Made by a program: the position numbers and the translations under genes
In this document: one piece after another, positions 24,301 through 34,387 of the stretch
Numbering within the stretch: the first letter of the stretch is position 1
Layout: the number at the start of each line of letters is the position of its first letter
NCBI GenBank assembly: GCA_001938485.1
Contig: MQRK01218208.1
Coordinates: 1-58,692 of the forward strand
Origin: Girardia tigrina
Lineage: Eukaryota
Length of the DNA stretch: 58,692 bases
Direction of reading: 5' to 3'
The notes under the pieces: generated by a model
The model's database searches: none
Seen by the model: only the letters and a program-made list of their open reading frames with translations
What the model was told of the DNA's origin: nothing

Positions 24301-27251
24301 TTGTACAATGTACACGCTTCAGGATTTCATTTTCGATCATCAGCAATTATAGATTAATATGTAAGATAATAAAATGTGAATTGATGGGAGAGTTTTTACA
24401 TCCGGGACAATTAAATTTATAAACTAGATTATGGTTCACAACCAGATAAATGATAAAGGTGCATAAATTATACAATGCATACAGCTGGTCTTCCACTCCG
24501 CCATGTATTATCAATGATTGAGATCGTACAGCACAGGCTCGTAAATGTTCTCGATTCATTATTGAGTCCCTTGATTTCTAATGAATTTGAGGTCAAGGAT
24601 AGCATTGATTTCATTTTGGATCAGATACATAAAGGTGATTCTAAATGTATGATCTCATTTGATGCCCCAAGTTTATTTTACAATTGTATCCATCGACGAA
24701 ATTATTGGTCTATGTGAAATATTATGGGATAATAATTATGACTCTGAATGAAATAATGTTCAAAGATGAAATAAAAACACTTCTTAAATTTTCGGCCAAA
24801 ATGTACTATTCTTTTGAACGATGAATATAATATTCAGAAAGATCGAGTTGCAATGAATTTCTAATTAGCACCAATCTTGGCATCAATTTTTATGAAGTCT
24901 CTTGAGGATAAAATTAGTCCATACTCTGAGGGGAAACCTGTGATCTACAAAAGATGTGTAGATGATATCTTTCTTGTTTGCAGAAACAAATCCCTGATAG
25001 AACCATTCTTAAAATTCTCGAATGGCCTTCAACCTAATTTTAAATTCACTACAAAATTGAAAGTAAATAACAAACTTCCTTTTCTTGACATTCTTGTCCC
25101 TAGTATGAATGGGAAATATCGAACTGAATTATACAGAAAGGCAACAAATAACACAAAATCTCAAAGCTTTTACGAGGAAAAATACAAAGAAGGTATTCTT
25201 AAAGAGTTTGGAGTTTGTCTTTCACTCCTTTTCAATAAATCAAAAACGATATCTGAATTGGAAGCTAATCTAGTTTATAAATTTAATTGCCACGGATGTA
25301 AAAATCGTACACTATAGAGACAAAACATCATCTCAAAACTCGAATTAGTTAGCTGTTAGGAATTCAGAAATGTTATTAAAAGTTTTTGAAAGAATGTAAA
25401 ATTAAATATACCAAGTAAAATATAGAAAATTTATAAAATTTGTAATTATTTGATGATTGTAAAAGAAATTTTAAAATTGTTAAAATTTAACGAAACATAA
25501 ATATTTGTTAATGCTCGTGTAATTTAAAATTATAAAATTTGATTAAAGATTTTGAATTATTAGAGAATAATAGAGATTTTTTAAAATTATAAAATTTGAT
25601 TAAAGATTTTGAATTATTAGAGAATAATAGAGATTTTTTAAAATTATAAAATTTCACGGAATGATTAAGTATTTCATAATTTTAACAAAATAAAAAATTC
25701 ATATTAAAGGTAAAATTTATAAAAGAAAAATAAAATCAAGTATTATTATATGTATTTTTATTTATACCGGTTTAATATTTATAAAACGAATTATTTCTAA
25801 ATAATAAGTTTGTTTTAATATTAGTGTTAATCGTTTTTTTTGAAAAAAATTGTAATGTAATACAATTTGGATTTGATGTCGAAATTAACTTTTAATAATA
25901 AGTCTGAGGATGTTTCAAAAACATTTAACATTATAATACTAATATTAACGAAAATTACACTAAAAGACATAAATAACAATATATTTTGTCATATATTTTA
26001 TTGTCATATATTAAAATCGGTCTTGATAACATATCTGAGTAAACGCAAAAAAGTTTCTCTCAAAACAGTTAGGGCCATATTATAAATGTTGTCTTAGATT
26101 TTAGTAATTTGATTTTTCCACAAATTTTTGAGATGTCCTTTGTATATTGCGTCTAAATGAGTTGATACGATTGTGTCGCTTATTTGTCAAATCGATTTAC
26201 TCCTTTTCTTTCATTGTTAATATCGTATTGAAAATTACAACCTTTACAATAATTTAAGGTATATTTTAAATAATATAATTTAGTAAAAATGTATATGATA
26301 TTTAACCATATAAGTTGATTTATATATTTTAAAATTAATATCTTCAAAATTTTTTTTTCAAAAATAAAATAAAATTTGTTAGGTTTGATGAAATTCTCAA
26401 TGCTAGCGACGGAATAATGGTTGCCAGAGGGGATTTAGGAATAGAAATACCCCCAGAAAAAGTGTTTTTAGCCCAAAAAATGATGATTGGTCGATGTAAC
26501 AGAGCTGGTAAGCCAGTCATTTGTGCTACACAGATGCTGGAGTCCATGATTAATAAACCAAGACCAACTAAGGCCGAAATAAGTGATGTAGCAAATGCTG
26601 TATTGGACGGCGCAGATTGTGTCATGCTATCAGGAGAAACGGCAAAAGGTCTTTATCCTCTAGAAGTTGTTCAAGTTATGCACAGTATTTGTCGAGAAGC
26701 GGAAAATGTAGTTTTTCAAAGTAGATTTTTTGAAGCAATAAAGCACACAATTGACGGGCCGACTGATCAAACTCATACGACTGCTGTTGCGGCTGTGGAA
26801 GCAGCACAGCGTTGTCATGCAGCAATAATCATAGTCATTACAACAACTGGTCGTTCTGCACATTTAATTGCCAAATATCGCCCTACATGTCCCATTTTAA
26901 CAGTTACACGACATCCAATTACTGCTCGACAATCTCATCTTTGGAGAGGTTTACATCCTATTTATTATACCGGTACTTTTGTTTTATAAATTTATGGTTG
27001 ATGAAAGGGTTTTAGAACAACGATTACCAGATTGGACTGAGGATATGGATCGAAGAATTCATTATTCTTTCATATATGCTTTTCGAAGAGGCTTCCTAAA
27101 AATGCATGACTTTGTGGTCATTGTAACTGGTTGGAAAGCTGGAGCCGGTTCTACGAATACTTTGCGAATTGTTAGAATCGAAGAAAATGAGCTCGAGTCT
27201 GGAGTTAGACAGATTGTTAGCGTTCCAATTATATCTGAATTCGAAGATTAA
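550..27251 (+). CDS. Pyk: Pyruvate kinase gene, 6 exons: join(550..712,7666..8067,13743..13885,13956..14083,26383..26972,27016..27251); 1662 nt, 553 aa
   Basis: Splicing at GT-AG sites gives one uninterrupted frame with PK motifs: [10 protein letters not shown]|[102 protein letters not shown]. Confidence 0.96.
749..1552 (+). repeat. Diverged ~135-bp direct repeat pair (~749-885 and ~1418-1552) in intron 1
   Basis: cgtatcgctcctgattcaactgaa...ggctatcga versus cgtatcgctcttgattaaactgaa...ggttatcga. Confidence 0.7.
2040..2660 (-). mobile_element. Degenerate mariner transposase fragment split by a solo LTR
   Basis: Removing the LTR gives [13 protein letters not shown](T)[20 protein letters not shown], the mariner HTH region. 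Confidence 0.7.
2135..2582 (-). mobile_element. Solo LTR (448 bp), TG...TA family, same subfamily as 37464-37913
   Basis: Near-identical reverse complement of 37464-37913; 5-bp TSD GGGAG/GGGAT (1 mismatch). Confidence 0.9.
3126..5400 (-). mobile_element. Decayed LTR retrotransposon gag-pol (zinc knuckles, aspartic protease, RT)
   Basis: CFSCG knuckles, LIDSGSD protease, MDYRELN / [11 protein letters not shown] / [12 protein letters not shown] / YIDD RT motifs; many stops and frameshifts; internal duplications at ~3262/3328 and ~4336/4536. Confidence 0.85.
5400..7180 (-). mobile_element. hAT transposon relic (ZNF862/Tip100-like transposase) with one TIR
   Basis: [41 protein letters not shown] motifs; terminal CAAGGTTCCCTCTAAG ending at 7180. 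Confidence 0.8.
7190..7301. repeat. GACTC/GAGTC-rich subterminal-type repeat, probably a DNA transposon or MITE end
   Basis: Many GACTC/GAGTC units in about 110 bp. Confidence 0.35.
7666..8067 (+). CDS. Pyk: Pyruvate kinase exon 2
   Basis: Acceptor AG 7664-7665; (G)PACKSV...RLNFSHG...[10 protein letters not shown]...[12 protein letters not shown]; donor GTATGA at 8068. Confidence 0.95.
8730..9420 (-). mobile_element. hAT-superfamily-related (hATm-like) transposase C-terminal fragment
   Basis: CQHHVLD (CxxH), [22 protein letters not shown] motifs in two frameshifted ORFs. Confidence 0.6.
10347..10990 (-). mobile_element. hAT 3' end relic
   Basis: TAGGGTGTTC TIR at 10347, TACCGGTA subterminal repeats (two ~70-bp copies), dimerization motif [31 protein letters not shown] at ~10630-10735. 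Confidence 0.75.
12013..12163. mobile_element. 151-bp hAT-type MITE
   Basis: TIRs CAGTGGTTTCCAAC / GTTGGAAACCACTG; 8-bp TSD TATTAAAT (right copy split by the mariner). Confidence 0.85.
12169..13475 (-). mobile_element. Mariner element (Mos1/mauritiana-like TIRs), ~1.3 kb, middle in an N gap
   Basis: 28-bp TIRs TTAGGTGTACAAGTAT..AAT.CGGATT, TA TSD; [10 protein letters not shown] and [15 protein letters not shown]-terminus. Confidence 0.92.
13743..13885 (+). CDS. Pyk: Pyruvate kinase exon 3
   Basis: Acceptor TTAG; (G)[24 protein letters not shown]...FGVEQN; donor GTAATA at 13886. Confidence 0.95.
13956..14083 (+). CDS. Pyk: Pyruvate kinase exon 4
   Basis: Follows a 70-bp intron; [13 protein letters not shown]...[12 protein letters not shown](R); donor GTTGGT at 14084 (phase 2). 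Confidence 0.95.
14424..14951 (-). mobile_element. Solo LTR (528 bp), TG...TA family
   Basis: TGTGAGGAATA...GTTCTTAATA on the minus strand; perfect 5-bp TSD AGAAT (14419-14423, 14952-14956). Confidence 0.9.
15214..15540 (-). mobile_element. Highly decayed Tc1-like end
   Basis: TA+CAGGGTGTCCAAAAAGT TIR-like start; residual IWG...VYKTKP-like codons. Confidence 0.4.
15694..17520 (-). mobile_element. hAT relic (3' TIR plus dimerization domain) hosting a mariner
   Basis: TAGGGATTGC TIR at 15694 with GAAATTCG repeats; [37 protein letters not shown] at ~17095-17230. Confidence 0.75.
15799..16952 (-). mobile_element. Mariner element, 5' part of the transposase deleted, middle in a gap
   Basis: TIRs TTAGGTGTATAACTTAGTTTTTTG, TA TSD; [21 protein letters not shown] and [17 protein letters not shown]. 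Confidence 0.92.
17523..20076 (-). mobile_element. hAT Charlie/SPIN-like (GTF2IRD2/EPM2AIP1-type) element, internally deleted
   Basis: 16-bp TIRs CAGGGGTCTCCAAACT; [35 protein letters not shown] motifs; flanks GTCTAGAG/ATGTATGT do not form a TSD. Confidence 0.85.
18506..19932 (-). mobile_element. Tc1/mariner rosa (DD41D)-like element with long TIRs, nested in the hAT; transposase pseudogene 18634-19710
   Basis: ~95-bp inverted repeats 18506-18601 / 19749-19843; outer end GTCACCCTG+TA at 19932; [30 protein letters not shown] motifs. Confidence 0.88.
23085..23476. mobile_element. Fold-back / MITE-like palindromic element
   Basis: Outer ~55-bp inverted arms (...AACAACCACGTTTTTCAAGCA) and inner ~29-bp arms (TAACCAAAAACGTGGGGC at ~23200 and ~23380). 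Confidence 0.7.
24393..25370 (+). mobile_element. Penelope-like retroelement relic (RT + GIY-YIG endonuclease)
   Basis: [53 protein letters not shown]; inverted copy of the endonuclease piece at 24393-24431. Confidence 0.85.
25523..25655 (+). repeat. Tandem repeat, ~57-bp unit, just over two copies
   Basis: tttaaaattataaaatttgattaaagattttgaattattagagaataatagagattt repeated. Confidence 0.85.
26383..26972 (+). CDS. Pyk: Pyruvate kinase exon 5
   Basis: Acceptor TTAG; (R)[19 protein letters not shown]...[12 protein letters not shown]; donor GTACTT at 26973. Confidence 0.95.
27016..27251 (+). CDS. Pyk: Pyruvate kinase exon 6 (last)
   Basis: Follows a 43-bp intron; (E)[14 protein letters not shown]...[16 protein letters not shown]...FED*. 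Confidence 0.93.
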
Positions 27252-27305
27252 TTGAACTTCAACTAACATTCTTTTTTTTAACTGGATTGAATGATTTGTA
27301 TTAAT

Positions 27306-27311
27306 AATAAA
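27306..27311 (+). terminator. Putative polyadenylation signal of Pyk
   Basis: AATAAA about 55 nt after the stop, followed by a T/GT-rich tract. Confidence 0.5.
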
Positions 27312-27493
27312 TACTCTGACAAATGTTTATTGTTTTCTATTTATTGTTATATTACAATCAATCGATAACAATTGTTCAATCTGAATCTAAAAGGGAATAA
27401 TTAAATATGGTTAATGTGTTCCCTGAAATGGTTAAATCGAGTAATGCCAATTACAAATAATACCCAATCGAAAATAAGGTAATTCAATTGCAC

Positions 27494-30080
27494 CAGTGGC
27501 GTAGGGAAAGGGGGTTTTGGGGATGTAACCCCCCTTGACGTTGTCAAAAAATAATTGGCTTAACATTTTTCAATAAAAACACTATTGTTCAAATGCCTTT
27601 GTGGTTATATAAATATGCTTAAATATATACACGTTATAATTTGTACTACCCTCACCCGTATCCAGATATATAGAGGTGTGGGGAGCTCAGTCTTGTCTGT
27701 CTTTCTCTCTGTCTATTCGTCACAGCACACAAGTGCGTAATGGTGCGGTATATTTAGCCGACTATAGGTACAAGGCTATATAAAGAACATGTATCCATAC
27801 TTCACGCAATTTGTTAATTGTTCCATTCCAGACAACACACGCATACATCTCTCATCCTTTGTCTCATTTCACGTCACTTTATTTGTGCAGTGTTGAGACA
27901 TTTTGTTCCACTTGGACAATATATGAACCGAAAAACTTAAAATTTTGATTAATATTGTTAAAATTTTATTATAAAATTATTGAAAAATAATTTTAATGAA
28001 ATAACCATTTTTAAAAAGGTCATTATGTAAAAAAAGGAAATTGTTTTTGCTTAGTTAAATCAAATCAAATAAATTTGCTTGTGATAAATTTGGATCAAAT
28101 TGAAGTTGTTTATAAAAATTGAATTGAATTTTGGAATTTCAAATACAAATATATAACACAACTGAATGACCTCTAAGAGACCAAGTGTATCTCTCCTGAA
28201 CTATTTCGTTAAAATACCCCGGACCTCGGGTGACACGGAATCCATGATGACGTTTTGAAGACATGTTTGACAGAAAGTGGTAGAAATACGCAGTACACGA
28301 ACCCACACATCCAAAATGAAATCATTGAATCATGTAATGACATAATCGTGCATAGACTGGCAATCAAAATCAACGCGTCTAGCTACTTTTCTATTCTTCT
28401 CAACAAAACGACTGACATGACTGGAATTGAACAATTATCCGTATGCGCTCGCTACATAGAACCAGATACATGTACTGTTCAAGAGGCTTTTCGGCAGTTT
28501 GTACACCTGTATCACGTCACTGGAAAGGGGATTTCCATGGCCATGACCGAAAGTCTCAAATCAGTTGGAGTGGACTTCACAAAAATACGTGGACATGGCT
28601 AAAACTGTGCTGCTTCATTGGGTGGTAATTTCAATGGGGTGCAAGCTCATGTCAAGGAACTAGTTACAACAGCTCTCTATGTACATTGCGCTGCCCACAG
28701 CTTGAACTTGACTGTGTGCAATGCTTGCGATGTGACACCAATAAGAAATTGCATGGACACTAAAAGAAGAATATATGACTTTTTCAATACCCCCAAAAGA
28801 CAGACAGTGATGCAAACAGTGATTGCGGATGTAATTCCAGAAGCACACCATGTGAAGATTAAGCAGCTGTGCGCCACTCGATGTATTGAAAAATAATATT
28901 CCATATCCGCTTTAGTGGAGCTGTTCCCGGCTGTTATAGTTTCTCTAGAAATTATTTCAGAGTGGTCCCATAAGAAAACCTCATCTCTTGCATACCAACT
29001 TCTGCAGGTCTTGAGGGAACCTCAGTTCATTGCCTCCCTCTTCACACTCAAGAAACTATTCAGATTGAGTGTCCTTCTCTGCAAGACCTTGCAAAAGGAG
29101 AACATCGACCTTGCTGAGACAGTGAATCTCGCCGAAGACACTGCTGCCAAATGAAAGCTTTGCGAGTTAATGCTGAGAAGACATTTGCAGAGATTTTCGC
29201 TGATGTCACCAAATGCACTGAAACGTATGAAATTGAAATTCGTGAACCCCGAATAACATCCGCCCAGAGACATCGTTGTAACGTGCCCTCAAACTCACCA
29301 GAATCATATTACCGGAATGCTGTGTTCATTCCATTTTTGCAAGGTTTTATCCAGCACTATGAAGAGAGATTTATTGCTCACAAAAATATTCTGCGTGGTT
29401 TCCAGTGCTTGCTACCCATGGACCCAAGCCAACTGCCCTCTACTGACTATCTAAAAGGCTTCCATGTTCTCACAGAATTTTATTCCGCCGGCATGAGTGG
29501 TTCAAGTGATAACCGCCCTTGTGAAATCAACCTGTGGTACAGAAGGTTATGCCGACTGCAGAAGACAGATTTGCCTAAAAATGCGCTGGAAGGCATCTCT
29601 GCGAGCCATGCGGAAATAATTCCAAATATTTACACACTGTTTCTAATATTAGCCACTCTTCCAGGGTCTACTTGTTCCTGAGAGCGATCCTTCTCATCTT
29701 TCCTTCGTCTCAAAAACTACCTTTGGAACTCTACAGAAGAGACGCGGATGAATGGATTGGCACTGCTATATATCCATCGGGACCTCACTGGAAGTTTTAC
29801 AGATGCACTAAACAAACTTTCACTAAAATCTCGTCGACTAAATCTCCGTTGGATTTGACATGAGTATTAATGAACTTAAAGATGTCATGATGTGATTATT
29901 ATCCTCATTTTAAGTTTTTACCTAAAATGGGTGGGTGAAGTTTTTGACGTTCAGTGCATGGTTGGTAAAAACTTTTACAAACTGTAATATTGTAATATTG
30001 TAATTTACAATATAAAATATGACAGTTCTTTGATTTTCGTTGTTCAAACCCTCCTTTTGACATTCCTGGCTACGCCATTG
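27494..30080 (+). mobile_element. hAT element (Tip100/Zaphod, P52rIPK/ZMYM1-like transposase pseudogene ~28165-29860)
   Basis: TIRs CAGTGGCGTAG / CTACGCCATTG; 8-bp TSD AATTGCAC/AACGGCAC; IQNEII, EQLSVCARY, VHCAAHSLNL, LATLP.ST..ERSFS motifs. Confidence 0.9.
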
Positions 30081-30165
30081 AACGGCACACCCCCCGAGAC
30101 AATGATAAGCGGTTAAATACAAATACAATATAGCAATAAGGTTACCCAAATAAATAAATATAGTA

Positions 30166-30400
30166 TGTGAGGAATATTTTAAATTGTTTGAATGTGTAAA
30201 TGTATTGATGCTGTATGTATTTGAGTATGTTGAATTTAGAATAGTGATTCTCCCACCCAGATGGAAATTGGTATTTTTATTAAATTTAAAGGATTGGCTA
30301 TTCGAACATAATTAAAATAATCATTTGATAAGTTCATATTTTTAATTTCACAATTAAAATTAAGTTTAATATTTTTTTAGTAAAATTTAAATTAAATTTA
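30166..30400 (+). mobile_element. 3'-truncated LTR, TG...TA family
   Basis: TGTGAGGAATATTTTAAATT start, CCCACCCAGATGG and TATTCGAACATA motifs shared with 14424-14951. Confidence 0.75.
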
Positions 30401-30403
30401 TTT

Positions 30404-31284
30404 TCAATAATTTGATGACATTTTTATTATTTTTGGATTTATTATTTGAATTATTGGATATGCCTTTCTAGTTTGGTACTTTTTTGGCTTTAAAATATCC
30501 GGTCTTTCTCTAATTTGCATTCCCTGAGCTTCAATAAAGTCTGCTGATTTCAAAAATGCCAAATTGCACTCTTTGTAATTAACATTATACAATAAAACTA
30601 ACTCTCCAGCCTGACAACTTGATTCTCTAAAGTTGCAAAATGGATGTGATTGTAATTTTCCAGTTGCATCGTCAAATATTCCATCAAATATTCTTAATTC
30701 TGTTTGATACTCTTCCGAAATCATAATTTTTTTGTATAATTTTTCCTCCCAATTTTACAGGTTCACCTTCACAATTACCATTTACATCTATAACTCCCTT
30801 TCTAATAACTGATTCTCTCATAATTGCTCCTTCTTTAGCTGCGAGTTTTAAAGTTTCATCAATTTTTAATTCTTTCGTTTGAAATGCAGCTACACAATTT
30901 TCAGGTAATATCTTCACAGGTCTGGGAATTGCATTTATCTTGATAATAGAAGTATGACTCCATTTTCCACAATGATAAATATAAGTTGCTCTTTTCACAA
31001 TACATTCTGGTACTTTAACTCTACGAAATCCAGATTCCTAATATAGATGATACAAAACATTTGTTTTTTCTTGAATGTGTAACGGCTAAGCTTCTGAAAA
31101 TTCTGCTACATCTAGAAGAGAATAAATTTTTCCGACTTCAGTCTGAGTACGCTACAAGAGCTTGTGTTTGATTCATTCCAGGAATAATAAATAAGATTAA
31201 AGTAAACCACCACAATTTAGAAGTTTTTTCTTTGTTAAATACATGATTTGTCTTATCATTATTAATATTATCGATACTTTTCAT
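30404..31284 (-). pseudogene. Chuvirus-type / Anakin env-like glycoprotein, N-terminal portion, decayed
   Basis: Manual translation through stops: hydrophobic LWWFTLILFIIPG...ALVAY, then YSLLDVAE, LY*ESGFRRVKVPECIVKRATYIYHCGKWSHTS, GVIDVNGNCEG, HPFCNFRESSC; fits the L.GYDC / SLLDV.EC / C......YYCGMHSH.S / G.C.G pattern. Confidence 0.7.
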
Positions 31285-31302
31285 AGCTTTTTGTAAAAAT
31301 GA

Positions 31303-32154
31303 TTAATCAATTCTTGGAGTCAATGGTTCTTGGATTTCACAAATACTTTCTCTTTTCATGTTATTACCAATTTCCTCATCATCAATACTATCCAGATACA
31401 CTTCTGGTTCACATTTTATTTCATTTTCGGTGATCATTGGTATAATTTCATTAGTATTCCTCATAACATTATTATCCATAACATTTTTACCATAATCATT
31501 AATATATTTTCCCATGAAAATCACTTGAATTTGATTTATTTCACCATCTAAAATCCCATAATCGTAAACGTAATCCTCATCTTCTAATTCTTGATTTCTG
31601 TAAAATAATTTAATCGTTCCAGAATTTTCAATTATTCGTTTCACTTTTTCTCTAAACTTTTTAACTTTAATACACCAATGTTCAGCTATATGAACAATAC
31701 GATTATCAGGAATATTTAATGCTAAAAATATTTTTGATACATTTGAATTTTCTTTACGAAGATACTTCGAAAATTTCTTTAGAAGATCCATAATGTTAGA
31801 ACGAAATTTTGTATTTTTGTGTATTTGAGCTACCAACAAAGGTTTAATTAAATGAATTAATCTTTCAGATATCGTAAACATATTGATTTCCTTTAATAAA
31901 CTAATAATGTATTCACCATCAAGATAATCACATTTAAATTCATTAATTAATCTCAATGCAACATCTTTTATACGCATTTCAGTTTCTAATTCATATTTCT
32001 TTTCGATATCCTTTTCTTGTATTTTAACTTCCACATTATTAATATACGAAAGTAATATTCCATAATCTATTATATATTCATCATGTTCCAATACTTGATT
32101 GTTAAAGATCAAAATAAAATTTTCGATTTCCATGTTACTTACAGTGCGGTTCAT
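31303..32154 (-). CDS. ORF with two ubiquitin-like domains (283 aa), in frame with the glycoprotein downstream
   Basis: LIFNNQVLEHDEYIIDYGI and LFYRNQELEDEDYVYDYGI resemble ubiquitin LIFAGKQLEDGRTLSDYNI; no C-terminal GG. Confidence 0.55.
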   Translation of the reverse strand: MNRTVSNMEIENFILIFNNQVLEHDEYIIDYGILLSYINNVEVKIQEKDIEKKYELETEMRIKDVALRLINEFKCDYLDGEYIISLLKEINMFTISERLIHLIKPLLVAQIHKNTKFRSNIMDLLKKFSKYLRKENSNVSKIFLALNIPDNRIVHIAEHWCIKVKKFREKVKRIIENSGTIKLFYRNQELEDEDYVYDYGILDGEINQIQVIFMGKYINDYGKNVMDNNVMRNTNEIIPMITENEIKCEPEVYLDSIDDEEIGNNMKRESICEIQEPLTPRID

Positions 32155-32465
32155 AAGTAAGTTCGCACCCTAACAATTTCAATATATCTCAATAAAACGA
32201 TGAAAAAGTCTTTATTATTTTAATTGCATTGTTTAAAATGATTAAAATTGATCNNNNNNNNNNNNNNNNNNNNNNNNNNNNNNNNNNNNNNNNNNNNNNN
32301 NNNNNNNNNNNNNNNNNNNNNNNNNNNNNNNNNNNNNNNNNNNNNNNNNNNNNNNNNNNNNNNNNNNNNNNNNNNNNNNNNNNNNNNNNNNNNNNNNNNN
32401 NNNNNNNNNNNNNNNNNNNNNNNNNNNNNNNNNNNNNNNNNNNNNNNNNNNNNNNNNNNNNNNNN

Positions 32466-32690
32466 ATGCTGTTACTGGAAGTTACGAAGACATTCAACGA
32501 AGTGGCAGACCTCATAAATTGTCGGAACGTTCAAAACGTTTAATACGACGCACCTCTTTATCTTGTTTTTCGAAATTTGGCGTTAGAGTACTGAAAAGAA
32601 TAAATGGCAACCTAAACGCAGAGAAATATCAAAAGGAAATAATAATAAATGAAATAAAAAAAAACCTTTTGAACGTTCCGACAATTTATG
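32466..32690 (+). mobile_element. Tc1-like transposase fragment
   Basis: SCFSKFGV..L.RING.LNAEKYQ.II motif. Confidence 0.45.
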
Positions 32691-32725
32691 AGATTTTAAA
32701 ATTTAATCTATATTTTTCGGAACCT

Positions 32726-32775
<50 letters not shown>

Positions 32776-32825
32776 NNNNNNNNNNNNNNNNNNNNNNNNN
32801 NNNNNNNNNNNNNNNNNNNNNNNNN

Positions 32826-32881
<56 letters not shown>

Positions 32882-33587
32882 TATGGTGGTAAATAGATAA
32901 ATAATTTCTTATTTCATCTATTAATTAAAACAAATTTTATTTTTAAAAGGGTTAAGGTTAGGATTAGGGTTATTTTATAACCTCAAAAAAGATGTGTCGA
33001 ATAAATCTATCGTTGATTGTGTTACGGCAATCATTTTAGCGAAGTAGCTTGCTAATTGACATGATATACAAAATATGAACCGTAGTTTTTTTATACTTTT
33101 GTAGGAATCCTCTGACAGTGAAGCTTCAGAGTTATCTTTTTCAAGCAGTGATGATGATTCTACAGTAACCCTTGACATTCATAAGTTCTATAAAAAATTT
33201 AGCACAAAAAGTAGCTAATTGAGATTATTGCATTTTTAGAGGATCGAAATTCGGGAAAATATCTATCAAAATTGGGTGAAGTGTTTTGAATAGTACCGCC
33301 TGTTGGTCAACTGAGGTGTACTGGTCGTTTTCCTAGTCATAATGTATTTTTACCTTCTTTAGGTTTTAAATGGAGCGCCAGACTCATCGACCTTATTTCT
33401 AAATTGTCAGCATTCCACTGTTTATTTGACGACTTAATTCTTTGCTATATTACCGAATCCACCCTGCTGAATTTGGAGACTTCGTTGGTTTTCTGGTCAT
33501 AATATGTACAGCTTATTAACGATAAGACAAATGAAAAATAAAGTTACATCTAGTAGTTTAGAAATATCAATTTACTGAATATTCCAA

Positions 33588-33900
33588 TTAGATTTGCAAT
33601 TGAAAACTGTGTGCTATACCTCGTAAAAATTCTAGAAGATTATGTGCTATACCTCGTACAAATTCTATAATTGTTCGATTTTGATAATCTTGAACAATTG
33701 ATTGAATTCTTTTGGTGACGTCATTATATTTTTTAGTTTCCCTTTCATCCAATATAATATGTTCAATTTTTAATCTACATAAACTTTGTTCCTTTCTCAA
33801 AGCTTTAAATAAATTTCCAAATATTTGGATGGGTTGCATTTATCATACTGGAAAACTATTATGCCAACTTTCAATTGCATTATTAATCTTTGCGCTGAAT
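33588..33900 (-). mobile_element. MULE (Mutator-like) transposase C-terminal fragment
   Basis: R.NNAIESWH, HPNIWKFI-like segment, ALRKEQ, FVRGIAHN motifs. Confidence 0.7.
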
Positions 33901-34387
33901 TGACGAGATACACAGTTTAGTTGGAACAATGCGTCAAAATACACCAGAAAATATGTCTCGTTATAGTTCAATCTTTTTCTTAAAAGAAAAGGAAAGCATG
34001 CCCAGTCTTAAAAATTACAAATGCAAACCAAATAAAGCTGTTGCTCTTCTCGGTTGTTTTTTTTTGAAATTAAAAGAAGTTAAAATCCAAAAACTTTTTT
34101 TTGACGGTTTCGCTGTTCTAGTGTTAAAGATACAACGCGAAATATCGGATATACTTTACAATAAATGACTAAAGGTCATTAAGACTATAGTACGGAAAAT
34201 AATGGTTAGTTAGGATTGATTAAGAATAATAATGAAATTATCTTCATAGAAAGGATAACGACAACACGAGAGATATTAAAATTAAAAAACAAACTATTGA
34301 ATTGTTTGTGTAGTTTTGGTCTTTCAAATATATCTTATTCGTGTTATACCGCTTGTTAATAAAACTAAATAACAAATCATAAAACAG

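Noticed and set aside
7683-27251. Several separate PK pseudogene fragments
   Set aside because: They splice at canonical sites into one complete, stop-free CDS
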